Assembly: GCA_964565775.1 (NCBI GenBank)
Contig: CAZMGB010000006.1
Span: forward strand, 9,403-73,402
DNA length: 64,000 nucleotides
Origin: an uncultured Dehalococcoidia bacterium
Lineage (GTDB): Bacteria; Chloroflexota; Dehalococcoidia; DSTF01; JALHUB01
Direction: 5' to 3'
The notes under the pieces are model-generated. The model had not been told where the DNA came from, did no database searches, and saw only the letters and a program-made list of their open reading frames with translations. The position numbers and the translations under genes are program-made. Shown here piece after piece: positions 25,682 through 34,573 of this stretch; position 1 is the first letter of the stretch; each line of letters begins with the position of its first letter.

Positions 25682-26898
25682 CAGTGACCTCCTCCACCTA
25701 CCGAAACCACCCCGAACACACTGCCCGGAGCCATCAGCAGGTCAAACAGCAACTTGATCATCACCAGGAGCACGATGACACTCAGAATCGTCCGCAACTG
25801 GTGGCCTTCCAGGCGGCCGCTCATCCGCGCCCCCACCTGGGCGCCGATGGCGGCGCCAACCAGCAACAGCACGCCGAGCAAGATATCGACGTTGTGGTTG
25901 GTGATCGCCTGCTGGAACGCCACGTTCGAGGACGTGAAGACCATCTGGAAGAGGCTTGTCCCTACCGCAACGTGTGTCGGGACGCCGAGGATGTAGATCA
26001 TCGCCGGCACCATGATGAAGCCACCGCCCACCCCCATCAGGGCAGTCAGCAAGCCGATACTCAGACCCAGACCGAAGGGAAAGAGCAAAGAGGCACGTAT
26101 CTTCGAGGTGTGGAAGTCCATCTGGAGTGGCCAGCGAGCCGTAACGCCGCCCGACCGTCCTGCGTCCGGCTGCTCCCGCGCTACGAGCTTTGCCCCCCCT
26201 TCGTCGGAGCCCTCACCCACCGCGCTCCTGATGATTTGGGGCCGCGTGCTGCGCACCCAGGTCCGCACGGCCTCCCGCAACATGAAGCTGCCGACACTGC
26301 CCAGCATGATGATGTAGACTATTCGGACGCAGAAGTCGAAGTTGCCCATCTCGCGCAGCAAGTAGACGACACGCACGCCGACGGTGCCGCCGATAAGGGC
26401 CCCAACCAGGATCACCAACCCCAGTTTGACATCGACGTTGCCCAGCCTCGAATGGCCGAGTGCCCCCGATGAGGCGGTGCCCGCGATCTGCGCACTGTCC
26501 GTGCCCACCGCCACCGCAGAGGGAATGCCGATCGTCATCAGCAGGGGCGTCATGAGAAAGCCGCCACCCACCCCCGTCATCCCGGAGAGAATGCCGACCG
26601 CGAAGCCGATACCCACCAGTGGGACGACATTCATGCTCTTGTCCGCCACCGGCAGGTAGATCGTTAGCGTGAAGATGTTGGGCAAGGGTATCGCCCCCGC
26701 TGCCGTCCCCGCCAGCAGGACGAGCACCACCACCCCCGCAAGAAGAAGCGCGACGCCGCTCAGGCCCAGCGCGTGCGCGACAGGCAGCAGGACACGCAGC
26801 CCACGGGGTGCGGTGGGGGCCACCACCCCTCGAATGAGTGCCTGGTCCTCCCTGGTCAGTTCGACGGTGTCGGTCGGCGGTGGTAAGGTCGAACTCAT
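25681..26898 (-). CDS. TauE/SafE (TSUP) permease with N-terminal extension (cassette 3)
   Basis: Start re-called to ATG 26898 (RBS GAGGGGAAG) to match the cassette-1 paralog (MSSTLPPPTDTVELTREDQALIRG). The track start at 27075 would read through the conserved non-coding element. Confidence 0.8.
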   Translation of the reverse strand: MSSTLPPPTDTVELTREDQALIRGVVAPTAPRGLRVLLPVAHALGLSGVALLLAGVVVLVLLAGTAAGAIPLPNIFTLTIYLPVADKSMNVVPLVGIGFAVGILSGMTGVGGGFLMTPLLMTIGIPSAVAVGTDSAQIAGTASSGALGHSRLGNVDVKLGLVILVGALIGGTVGVRVVYLLREMGNFDFCVRIVYIIMLGSVGSFMLREAVRTWVRSTRPQIIRSAVGEGSDEGGAKLVAREQPDAGRSGGVTARWPLQMDFHTSKIRASLLFPFGLGLSIGLLTALMGVGGGFIMVPAMIYILGVPTHVAVGTSLFQMVFTSSNVAFQQAITNHNVDILLGVLLLVGAAIGAQVGARMSGRLEGHQLRTILSVIVLLVMIKLLFDLLMAPGSVFGVVSVGGGGH

Positions 26899-26973
26899 CA
26901 GCTTCCCCTCACTTGCTGCTTGGTACCACCAGCCCGGCGGCGGTTGCCTCGGAAGTGGTGCATCGCCACAACG

Positions 26974-27003
26974 TTGCGCGCTCCAGGATCGCCATGCTAG
27001 AAT
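26974..27003 (+). promoter_or_regulatory. sigma70-like promoter, copy 3 (TTGCGC-N18-TAGAAT with TG extension)
   Basis: TTGCGC at 26974-26979 and TGCTAGAAT ending at 27003. Confidence 0.45.
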
Positions 27004-27008
27004 GCGCG

Positions 27009-27080
27009 CGGCGACCCTCCCTCCGCTGGAGCTCGCCATCCTGGGCCGCCGGTGGTACCAGCACCGGCGGTCCACTTATG
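27009..27080 (+). ncRNA. candidate structured small RNA, copy 3
   Basis: P1 GGCGA/TCGCC enclosing CCCTCCCTCCGCTGGAGC. Hairpin GGGCCGCCGGTG (27043-27054), loop GTACCAG, CACCGGCGGTCC (27062-27073). Confidence 0.35.
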
Positions 27081-27125
27081 TCAATGTTCACATACAGTCT
27101 GCACAGGAGCTCACCGCGATGCTCC

Positions 27126-27245
27126 GTGAATGAAGAATGCCACAAGCAGGAGCGACCTGCATGAACAGACGCTGAAGGCAGATTCAGAATGGAGTCAGGA
27201 TTGCGTTACAGGATGATAAGGGAGGTATTAAGGCTTCACGAAGCG
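27126..27245. promoter_or_regulatory. 11-bp phased NTGAAG-type array, copy 3, abutting the HK stop
   Basis: Cores at 27161 ATGAAC, 27172 CTGAAG, 27183 TTCAGA, 27194 GTCAGG, 27205 GTTACA, 27216 ATAAGG, 27227 ATTAAG and 27238 ACGAAG, plus ATGAAG 27130 and CACAAG 27141. Confidence 0.5.
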
Positions 27246-27269
27246 GAGGGGGGCTGCTGGGTGGCGGGG

Positions 27270-28646
27270 TCAGCCCATTACAGGCAGGTCGACAACAAAG
27301 GTTGTGCCGCGTCCGGGCTGGCTGGTCACCTTGACGGTGCCATCGTGCGCCTCGACTATGTACTTCACGATCGCCAGGCCAAGGCCGCTTCCTTCGCTGC
27401 TGGTAGCCCGAGCTTCTTGCCCTCGGTAGAAGCGATCAAAGATGTGGGGCAGGTCCTCCTCCGAGATGCCGATGCCCGTATCCCGGACTTCCAGCCGCGC
27501 CAGCCCGTCAAGAAGGCGAAGGCGCAGTTCGATGCGGCCCCCCTCTGGCGTGTACTCGGCGGCGTTCTCCAAGAGGTTCCAGAGCATCTGCCCCAGCCGC
27601 TTCTCATCACCCTCGATCCGCGCCCCGGCCTTTATCTTCGCCACCAACTCGTGGCGGCTATCCTGAGCCCGAAGACGGGCCGCGGCTTCTTCGCAGGCTG
27701 ACGACCAGTCCACGGGGGCCTTGGCGATCTCCTGTCGCCCCTCGCGCGAGAGGAGGAGGAGGTCGGACAGGAGACGGCTCATCGCCTCCGCCTCGGCGCG
27801 CATCTCCCGAAGGCAGACCCCACGCTCCTCCGTCGACAGCGAAGGGTCGCGCAGGATGTCGATGTTGGTTCGCAGCACCGTGAGCGGGCGGCGCAACTCA
27901 TGGGAGGAGTCAGCGAGGAAGGCCTTCTGCGTCTCCAGCGTTCGCTCCACCCGCTTGATCATGGAGTTGAAGGTGCCGGTGAGCTCCGCCATCTCGTCGC
28001 CTGCGGCGGAGGCAGGAACGCGACGGCTGAAATCGGCCGTCCGCTCGATGTCGCGCGCCAGTCGAGAAACGCGCCGAACGGGCTCAAGGACGCGCCCCGC
28101 CAGCAAGTAGGCCGGCACGTTGGTGATCAGCAGGACGACTATGCCGCCAAAGATGAGCGTGGTGCGGATCTGGTTCAGCGCCTCGTCTCTGTCCTTCAGA
28201 CTCTGACCCGTCACCACACTCCCCAGCGTCTCGCCGCCCTCCGTGATGGGTTGGTATTGAATGCGAAAGCGCTGCCCCCGAACGGTGGCAGTGACCAACG
28301 TCGGCTTCTCTAGGGTTGCCATGTCTGGCAGGGGAAGGTTGAGACTGCCCGGCGGGAAAGATGAATAGACTACGCTTTCATCGAGGCTGCGTACCTGAAA
28401 GAGGATACCAGAGGAGGCCTCATTGTCCAGCCTCAGCCACTGGTTCTCGCGCATGGTCTCCACGGACAGGGGGGGGTCAATGGGCGTGAGGGCCAGGATT
28501 ACGGCCGAGCCCTGGAGCTTCAGCCTCTCGTCTACACTGTCAGAAATCCTGCTCGCCGTGATGGTGTAGACGGACAGACTCAGTGCCGCCAGCGACCCGG
28601 CCAGGAGCACCACGTACACCAGGGTGAGGCGGAGCCGTAGTGGCAC
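27270..28646 (-). CDS. sensor histidine kinase (periplasmic loop, HAMP, HisKA, HATPase_c)
   Basis: Two TM helices flank a ~130-aa loop. H-box SHELRRPLT, N box LLENAAEYTP, G boxes DTGIGI and GSGLGLAIV. Confidence 0.85.
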   Translation of the reverse strand: MPLRLRLTLVYVVLLAGSLAALSLSVYTITASRISDSVDERLKLQGSAVILALTPIDPPLSVETMRENQWLRLDNEASSGILFQVRSLDESVVYSSFPPGSLNLPLPDMATLEKPTLVTATVRGQRFRIQYQPITEGGETLGSVVTGQSLKDRDEALNQIRTTLIFGGIVVLLITNVPAYLLAGRVLEPVRRVSRLARDIERTADFSRRVPASAAGDEMAELTGTFNSMIKRVERTLETQKAFLADSSHELRRPLTVLRTNIDILRDPSLSTEERGVCLREMRAEAEAMSRLLSDLLLLSREGRQEIAKAPVDWSSACEEAAARLRAQDSRHELVAKIKAGARIEGDEKRLGQMLWNLLENAAEYTPEGGRIELRLRLLDGLARLEVRDTGIGISEEDLPHIFDRFYRGQEARATSSEGSGLGLAIVKYIVEAHDGTVKVTSQPGRGTTFVVDLPVMG

Positions 28647-29399
28647 TCATGCACCCTCCTTCAGCATGTAGCCCACCGCGCGGATCGTCTGGATGAGGCG
28701 GGGCCGGCCACCCGCTTCCAGCTTCTGCCGCACGTTCGCTACGTGAACATCAATGACGTTCGACTCAACGGGAGACTCCTCACCCCAGAGGCCCACCAGC
28801 AGCTCCTCTCTGGTCAGGACTTGCTCTGGCGACCGCATCAGTTGCTCAAGCAGCCGGAACTCCGTCGCGGTCAGCAGCAGCGGCTCCCCTCCACGCGTCA
28901 CCGTCCACGCTTTTCGATCGAGCACCAGATCAGCATATGATAGCCGCTCCGTCGGGGCAGCGCTCGGGCGGCTGCGCCGGAGCAGAGCCTGCATGCGCGC
29001 CACCAGCTCGTCGAAGGCGAACGGCTTGACGAGGTAATCGTCCGCACCGGCTTCCAGACCGGCGACGCGGTCAGGGACACTGTCCCGAGCGGTCAACATG
29101 AGGATGGGCGTGTTCTCCGTCTCACGCACCAGCCGGCACAGGCTGAGGCCATCCATCCCGGGCATCATGATGTCCAGGACGATGATGTCTGGCCACCGCC
29201 CGCGCAGGTAGCCGAGCGCTTCACCAGAGTCACGCGCCAGGCCCACATTGAAGCCGTGCAGCGATAGGCCCCGTCGTAGCGCGGCCAGCAATCGCCGGTC
29301 GTCGTCTACCACGAGCACATGAGGCTGCCCGGAGCCCTCGCCACCTGAAGAGCCGGCCCCGCCAGAGCTGGAACGTGGGTTCCTGGTATCCTGCGACAC
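28647..29399 (-). CDS. OmpR/PhoB-family response regulator
   Basis: REC domain (VLVVDDD...DIIVLDIMMPGMDG...K) plus a winged-helix output (LTATEFRLLEQL...IQTIRAVGYML). Its stop abuts the HK GTG start. Confidence 0.85.
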   Translation of the reverse strand: MSQDTRNPRSSSGGAGSSGGEGSGQPHVLVVDDDRRLLAALRRGLSLHGFNVGLARDSGEALGYLRGRWPDIIVLDIMMPGMDGLSLCRLVRETENTPILMLTARDSVPDRVAGLEAGADDYLVKPFAFDELVARMQALLRRSRPSAAPTERLSYADLVLDRKAWTVTRGGEPLLLTATEFRLLEQLMRSPEQVLTREELLVGLWGEESPVESNVIDVHVANVRQKLEAGGRPRLIQTIRAVGYMLKEGA

Positions 29400-29688
29400 G
29401 AACTGCCTCGCTGATCGTGCTAGCGGTCGCGCCCGGTCTGTCCCGACTGGAACATAGCACCGCTCTCAAGTCGACGTCAATGGCTGATGGCTTGCCCCGT
29501 AAGCGTGATACGCCACCGTGCGGTGAACACTTGGGGCCTGTCTCGAGGATGTGCGTGTCAGAGGCACGCGCTACCGAAGTCGACGGAGGATCTGATCGCT
29601 GATGTGATCGATATGAGGCACCCGCCTCCGGCGGCGAGGTGGCCGCCTTTGAGGTGTTGTGGCTTCCACCGGATGCGGGCGCGGCTCG

Positions 29689-30663
29689 CTACAGGTCGAG
29701 GGGCTGGGGGCCGTCATCCGTGCCAATGCCGGACGAGACTCTCAGCGAGGCGTACAGACGGCTCGGGAAACCCAACTCCCAAGCGAACTCCTCGAAGTCC
29801 CTGACGCCCTTCACTTCAAGGTCGCTGAAGCGATGCACATGCCATCCTTGACGTCGCAGGGCGCGGTCAGCACGGAGGCTGCGGGCATAGCCTTTCTCGC
29901 CGGTGCGACGGATGGGGAGGTCGATCTCCACGATGTGACGTTCCCCCTCGTGGACGAAGACGAAGTCGACTCGCCCCACATTGCCCTCGAAGAAATGGAG
30001 CTCTGGATGATTAGAGGGGATGTCTGTCGTACGCACCAGGTTCACAACGGCCTGCGGCAGCAGAGCGGGAACGGTGAGCGTTGCCATCAAGTCACGCCAC
30101 AGCGATTGGGCCCACTCTTCGCTGCCAGCGTCGGCCGGCAACCCCGCTGAGAAGGGGTCGGCCGTCGCCTTCTCGACGGCTTCGCAGGCGCATCTTTGGG
30201 CTCTCCGGAACGCAGAGGCGAAGTATAGCTCGTAGAACCGGCGCTCGCGCTGCGTCTCCGTCATGCCGGCGAGCTTCTCGAAGATGAGACAAGGGCCAGG
30301 TTCCCTCTCCATGAGGGAGCGCACCCCTCCGGGGAACGGCACCTCCCGCGTCCAGCCATGGGGCCATGGCTTCAGGAATAGCCGACAGGGGCTGCTGCAC
30401 TCCTTACGGCAGTTCTCACACAGCGGGGACAGGCAACCCTCTTCGAGAAGACGGCCGGGGCCATACGGAAGCTGGCCGCCAAGCCCACTCATGAGCTGGC
30501 CCAGCTCGAAGTCCCTGGGTCCGGTCTCTCGCTGCGGGTCAGGGTCCAGCAACAGGTTGTAGTTTGTCTCGCTGTAGACCCCCTGGCGCTTCACCACCAA
30601 CCGAGGGGCAAGCCTCTTGTTCGGGTCTATCCATCCCCACATCAGCCAGAAGTGATTAGGCAT
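29689..30663 (-). CDS. hypothetical protein with Cys-rich middle and DUF559/Vsr-like (PD-(D/E)xK) C-terminal region
   Basis: The C-terminus VDFVFVHEGERHIVEID...RADRALRRQGWHVHRF resembles the DUF559 core. Also has a Cys cluster (CLSPLCENCRKECSSPC). Confidence 0.45.
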   Translation of the reverse strand: MPNHFWLMWGWIDPNKRLAPRLVVKRQGVYSETNYNLLLDPDPQRETGPRDFELGQLMSGLGGQLPYGPGRLLEEGCLSPLCENCRKECSSPCRLFLKPWPHGWTREVPFPGGVRSLMEREPGPCLIFEKLAGMTETQRERRFYELYFASAFRRAQRCACEAVEKATADPFSAGLPADAGSEEWAQSLWRDLMATLTVPALLPQAVVNLVRTTDIPSNHPELHFFEGNVGRVDFVFVHEGERHIVEIDLPIRRTGEKGYARSLRADRALRRQGWHVHRFSDLEVKGVRDFEEFAWELGFPSRLYASLRVSSGIGTDDGPQPLDL

Positions 30664-30982
30664 CGGTGTTCACTCCTGCGGCATTCGTGTCATAAGACCA
30701 CGCATCGCTCACCATCTGGGCGACCAGAGGTGTTCTGCGGTACATCTTCGGGCTTTGGTGTGCATCTGGCGTCAACTCGGCGGCGTCACACGTCAAGGTT
30801 TCATGCACGTCCGGGTGAGGAACGGACCTCGTGTATGCTCAAGGCGGGTCAGGAGTGCGGCGAGAGGTTGCCGGGAAAAGGGCCGAGGCGCCACTCGCCA
30901 GCGCGGGCGAAAGAGAAGGGAAAGCGGGGCCTAAGCCGGTCCGAGCTTGAAGGCCCGCCCCGACCAGATGGACAGGAAGTCG

Positions 30983-33900
30983 TTAGGACTGGGGCTTCGG
31001 CATGCGGTAGCCGACTCGCGGCTCAGTGGAGATGTATCTGGGGTCCCTTGCGTCGTCGCCCAGCTTCTGGCGCAGGTCGCGGATGAAGGAGCGGAGGAGA
31101 CCGGTCTCCCCGGAGTAGGCGGCTCCCCACACGCGCTGGAGTATCTGGTCGTGGGTGAGGACCCGGCCGGCGTGGATGGCCAGTTCGTACAGCAGCTTGT
31201 ACTGAGTGGCGGAAAGGGAGATGGCCCGACCCCCGACCGTAACGCGCCGTTCTACGAAGTTGATGGTGAGGTCATCCAGCACGAAGGGTGCACGTGACTC
31301 CGCCGCATCGGACGGAAGCCGACGCCGGAGGGCGGCCTCTATACGGGCGACTAGCTCCGAGGGGGAGAAGGGCTTCCGGATGTAATCGTCCGCCCCCATC
31401 TTCAGAGCGCGCACGGAGTCTTCCTCTTTCGGGCTGGCCGTAATAACGATCACCGGCACATCAGAAATCTCCCGCACTCGTTCAAGCACCTCGAAGCCGC
31501 TGATACCGGGCAGCATGAGGTCCAGCAGGAAGAGTTCGGGCTCCTCAAGCTCAACGAGCCTCGGGACCTCCCGCGGGTCGGTGGTCACTACCGCTTCGTA
31601 CCCGGCCTCGTGAAGCGCACGCCGGAGGTATCGCAGAACCTGAGGCTCGTCGTCGAGAGCAAGGATCCGCGGCCGCTCACCCGCCCGGCTTACCCTACCG
31701 CCGTCCATCTTCTCCCAGCCTGCCTCGAGCGTAGAGGCGACACTGGCATCGGAGGCCATCGGGAGGGTGAAGCTGAAGGTCGACCCTCTCCCCAGGCCCT
31801 CGCTTTCCGCCCAGATGCGTCCACCGTGGGCCTCTATGATGCCCTTGCAGATGGCGAGCCCCAACCCACTGCCTCCCAGTCCTCGTGCCTGCTCTTCGTG
31901 GATCTGCGAGAACTTCTTGAACAGATGGGGGAGCTTCTCCGCCGGGATTCCTCGTCCGCGGTCGCGTACGTGCACTGTGACATGAAGAGGTCCGGGCTCC
32001 ACGGTGATGCTGATCTGCTCCGCCTGCGGCGAGAACTTGGCTGCATTGCTCAGGAGGTTCGACAGCACCTGTGCGACGCGTCCCCTGTCGGCGTTGACGG
32101 CGGGAAGGTCTTCCGGGACCTGGATCTGGACTTCGTGTGAGTCGCCGCCGCGGGCGAAAGTTGCCGTGGCCTCTTCCAGGACGGCCTTCAGGTCGGTGGG
32201 CTCCGGGCTGACTGAGAGAGAGCCGGCCTCGATGCGCGTCATGTCCAGGAGGTTGTCCACCAGCCCCGCCAGACGATCCGCTTGCTCGTCAATGATCTGA
32301 AAGAAACCGCGGGCTCTGGCGGCGTCGAGGGACCCCTGCCTGCCCAGCGCCATCGCCGCCGAACCCTTGATTGCCGTCAGGGGGGTCTTCAGCTCGTGGC
32401 TTACCACGCCCAGGAACTCGCTGCGGAGCCTCTCCACCTCTTGCAGAGGAGTGATGTCCTGGATGGTGGCAATGGCCCCGGCGATCTCACCTTCGGTGGA
32501 GTATATGGGTGTCGTGTTGATCAGCGTTGGCACGACCCGTCCATCCGGCAGGTCGAACGTGACCTCCTCCGCGCGCACAGCCTCGCCGCGGTACAGGGCG
32601 CGCTGAAGCGGGAGTTCCTCCACCGCGTAGGGATGGCCGCTGGCCTGGCGATACACCGCCGCCTGCTCATACCGCTCCAACCGGTCGTCGGGCCGGTAGG
32701 AGAAGCCCACGATGCGCTCCATCTCAGCGTTAGCGAGAAGAACGCCTCCGTCGGCGTCTACGACGAAGATGCCCACCGGTGATGTGGCCATGAGTGCCTC
32801 TAGACGCTGCCGCTCCGTCCGCACCGCCTCCTCCGCCCACTTGCGCTCGACGATGCGCCCAAGCCGTTCGGCTATGGCCTCGAGCAGGCTCCTCTCCTCC
32901 CTGAGGAAAGGGCCCTCGTTGCTCTCCGGCCTTTCTTCCAGGTAGCAGACCTCTACGCCGCCGACGCGCTCGCCACGCACCCTGATGTCGGACACCTGCC
33001 TCCAGGGGGTTTCTCTGAACTTCTCTGTCCTGAAGTCCTGGTCTCCCAAGGTGATCCGCGCACACGTCACATCCGGATACTGCCAGGATGGGGGAATCAG
33101 ATCGGCTGTCCTCTGAAGTAGCTCTTCCAGCGAGATCTCGGGCACCTCAAGGAGTTGCTGAGTGCGCTCCCGCAGCGCCTCCTCCGCACGGTCTCGTTGG
33201 ACGGTGCGCCCCAGGCGCTCGGCTATGGCGTCGATCAAGCTCCTCTCCTCCTGGAGGAAAGGACCTTCATAGGCTTCCGGCCTCTCTTCCAGGTAGCAGA
33301 CCTCCACGCTGCCGACCCGTTCGCCACGCACCCTGATGTCGGACACCTGCCTCCAGGGGGTTTCTCTGAACTTCTCTGTCTTGAACTCCTGGTCTCCCAA
33401 CGTGATCCGCGCACACGTGATGTCCGGATACTGCCAGGCCGGGGGAACGAGGCCGACTGTCCCCCGAAGTATCTGCTCGAGCGAGATGCCGGGCGTCTGA
33501 TTCAGCTCGGAGATGCCGAAGAGGCAATTCAGCTTCTTGACTCGCTCACCGAGCTGATGAGTGCCCTCTCGGAGGGCTTCCTCCATCTGCCTGCGCTCGG
33601 TGACGTCGCGTGCGGCTATAGCGAACCCTTGTAGCTGTCCGGAGTCGTCTCGCAGGGCGACAGTGACGACGTTCGTCCGGAACTGCGAGTCATCCTTGCG
33701 GACCCACGAACCCTCCTCTTGAACCCGACCCTTGGCTGCGGCCAGCTTGAGATCCTTCCCGGGCTTGCCGCGGTCACGCTCCTTCACCGGATAGAAGCAC
33801 GAGAAGTGCTTCCCCACGATCTCCTCCGCCCTATAGCCCATGATCTGTTCCGCCCCTGGGCCCCAACTGATGACATTCCCTTCGGGGCCGAGCAGGAAGA

Positions 33901-34057
33901 GAGCGTACTCGGCTACGGCATCGATCAGGAGGCGATAGTGCTCGTCGCTATCAGTCCCGCGTCTCTCGCCCCGTCTGCGCTTGTCCATTCCCATCCCATT
34001 CTCAGGCTGTGCGGTCTGCGGATAGCGGAAGGGCCGGGTGCCGGACGGCCCGCCCAA
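30983..34057 (-). CDS. hybrid sensor kinase-response regulator (PAS, 2x duplicated sensor module, PAS, HisKA, HATPase_c, REC, OmpR-type winged helix)
   Basis: H-box SHELKTPLT and ATPase boxes (LLSNAAKF, DRGRGI, GSGLGLAICK). REC domain (ILALDDE...LFLLDLMLPGISG...K) and C-terminal LSATQYKLLYEL...TEPRVGYRM. The start may be ATG 33994. Confidence 0.8.
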   Translation of the reverse strand: MGGPSGTRPFRYPQTAQPENGMGMDKRRRGERRGTDSDEHYRLLIDAVAEYALFLLGPEGNVISWGPGAEQIMGYRAEEIVGKHFSCFYPVKERDRGKPGKDLKLAAAKGRVQEEGSWVRKDDSQFRTNVVTVALRDDSGQLQGFAIAARDVTERRQMEEALREGTHQLGERVKKLNCLFGISELNQTPGISLEQILRGTVGLVPPAWQYPDITCARITLGDQEFKTEKFRETPWRQVSDIRVRGERVGSVEVCYLEERPEAYEGPFLQEERSLIDAIAERLGRTVQRDRAEEALRERTQQLLEVPEISLEELLQRTADLIPPSWQYPDVTCARITLGDQDFRTEKFRETPWRQVSDIRVRGERVGGVEVCYLEERPESNEGPFLREERSLLEAIAERLGRIVERKWAEEAVRTERQRLEALMATSPVGIFVVDADGGVLLANAEMERIVGFSYRPDDRLERYEQAAVYRQASGHPYAVEELPLQRALYRGEAVRAEEVTFDLPDGRVVPTLINTTPIYSTEGEIAGAIATIQDITPLQEVERLRSEFLGVVSHELKTPLTAIKGSAAMALGRQGSLDAARARGFFQIIDEQADRLAGLVDNLLDMTRIEAGSLSVSPEPTDLKAVLEEATATFARGGDSHEVQIQVPEDLPAVNADRGRVAQVLSNLLSNAAKFSPQAEQISITVEPGPLHVTVHVRDRGRGIPAEKLPHLFKKFSQIHEEQARGLGGSGLGLAICKGIIEAHGGRIWAESEGLGRGSTFSFTLPMASDASVASTLEAGWEKMDGGRVSRAGERPRILALDDEPQVLRYLRRALHEAGYEAVVTTDPREVPRLVELEEPELFLLDLMLPGISGFEVLERVREISDVPVIVITASPKEEDSVRALKMGADDYIRKPFSPSELVARIEAALRRRLPSDAAESRAPFVLDDLTINFVERRVTVGGRAISLSATQYKLLYELAIHAGRVLTHDQILQRVWGAAYSGETGLLRSFIRDLRQKLGDDARDPRYISTEPRVGYRMPKPQS
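32840..33540. repeat. intragenic tandem duplication, 2 x 351 bp (117-aa sensor module)
   Basis: ttctctgaacttctctgtc... occurs at 33011 and 33362. The protein repeats are WQYPD(I/V)TCARITLGDQ(E/D)F(K/R)TEKFRETPWRQVSDIRVRGERVG. Confidence 0.8.
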
Positions 34058-34540
34058 CGGGCCCCCTCAGCTCATGTAGCCACGCGAGGATGCCCAGGCC
34101 CTGAGGAGTGCTCCCCGTGCGTTCTCGTTCGTCCGAGCTGATGTCGCAGGCCAGCCCGCGGGCGACGTCAAGCACGTGCCGGAGCACGACAGGCGAGTTG
34201 AGGCTGGACGTGAACCGGCTGCTCAGTCGGCTCAGCAGGTCGAGGCGGGCCCTAACGAGTCTGTCGGCCGGTCTGAGGCGCGCGAGTTCGGAATGCGGTT
34301 GGGCTACCAGCTGATGACCCCTCACCGGCCTTGGCGGTGCAACCGGCATCTCAATTGTAGGACGTGAACCTATGGTGGTCAATCTAACCATCTGCCTCGT
34401 AAGAAGTGTTACCAAGAGTGCTATTGATGGCTCATAAGACCTGTTACCGAAGACTGGGGATACATCACGCCTGCTGTACGGGATGTTGCCGGACGCGTAC
34501 AGTAAAACCAGAGTTCTCTCACATACTGGTCCAGGCTCCG

Positions 34541-34549
34541 TGATAGAAT
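34541..34549 (+). promoter_or_regulatory. extended -10 element (TGATAGAAT) upstream of selA
   Basis: Read directly, 25 nt upstream of ATG 34574 in a lower-GC intergenic stretch. Confidence 0.4.
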
Positions 34550-34573
34550 AGCCGACAACAGGGCCTGCCGGAT

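Noticed and set aside
34002-34415. 137-aa minus-strand ORF in the divergent region between the hybrid kinase and selA
   Set aside because: It overlaps the kinase N-terminus and has no RBS or motif. This is most likely promoter or leader DNA.
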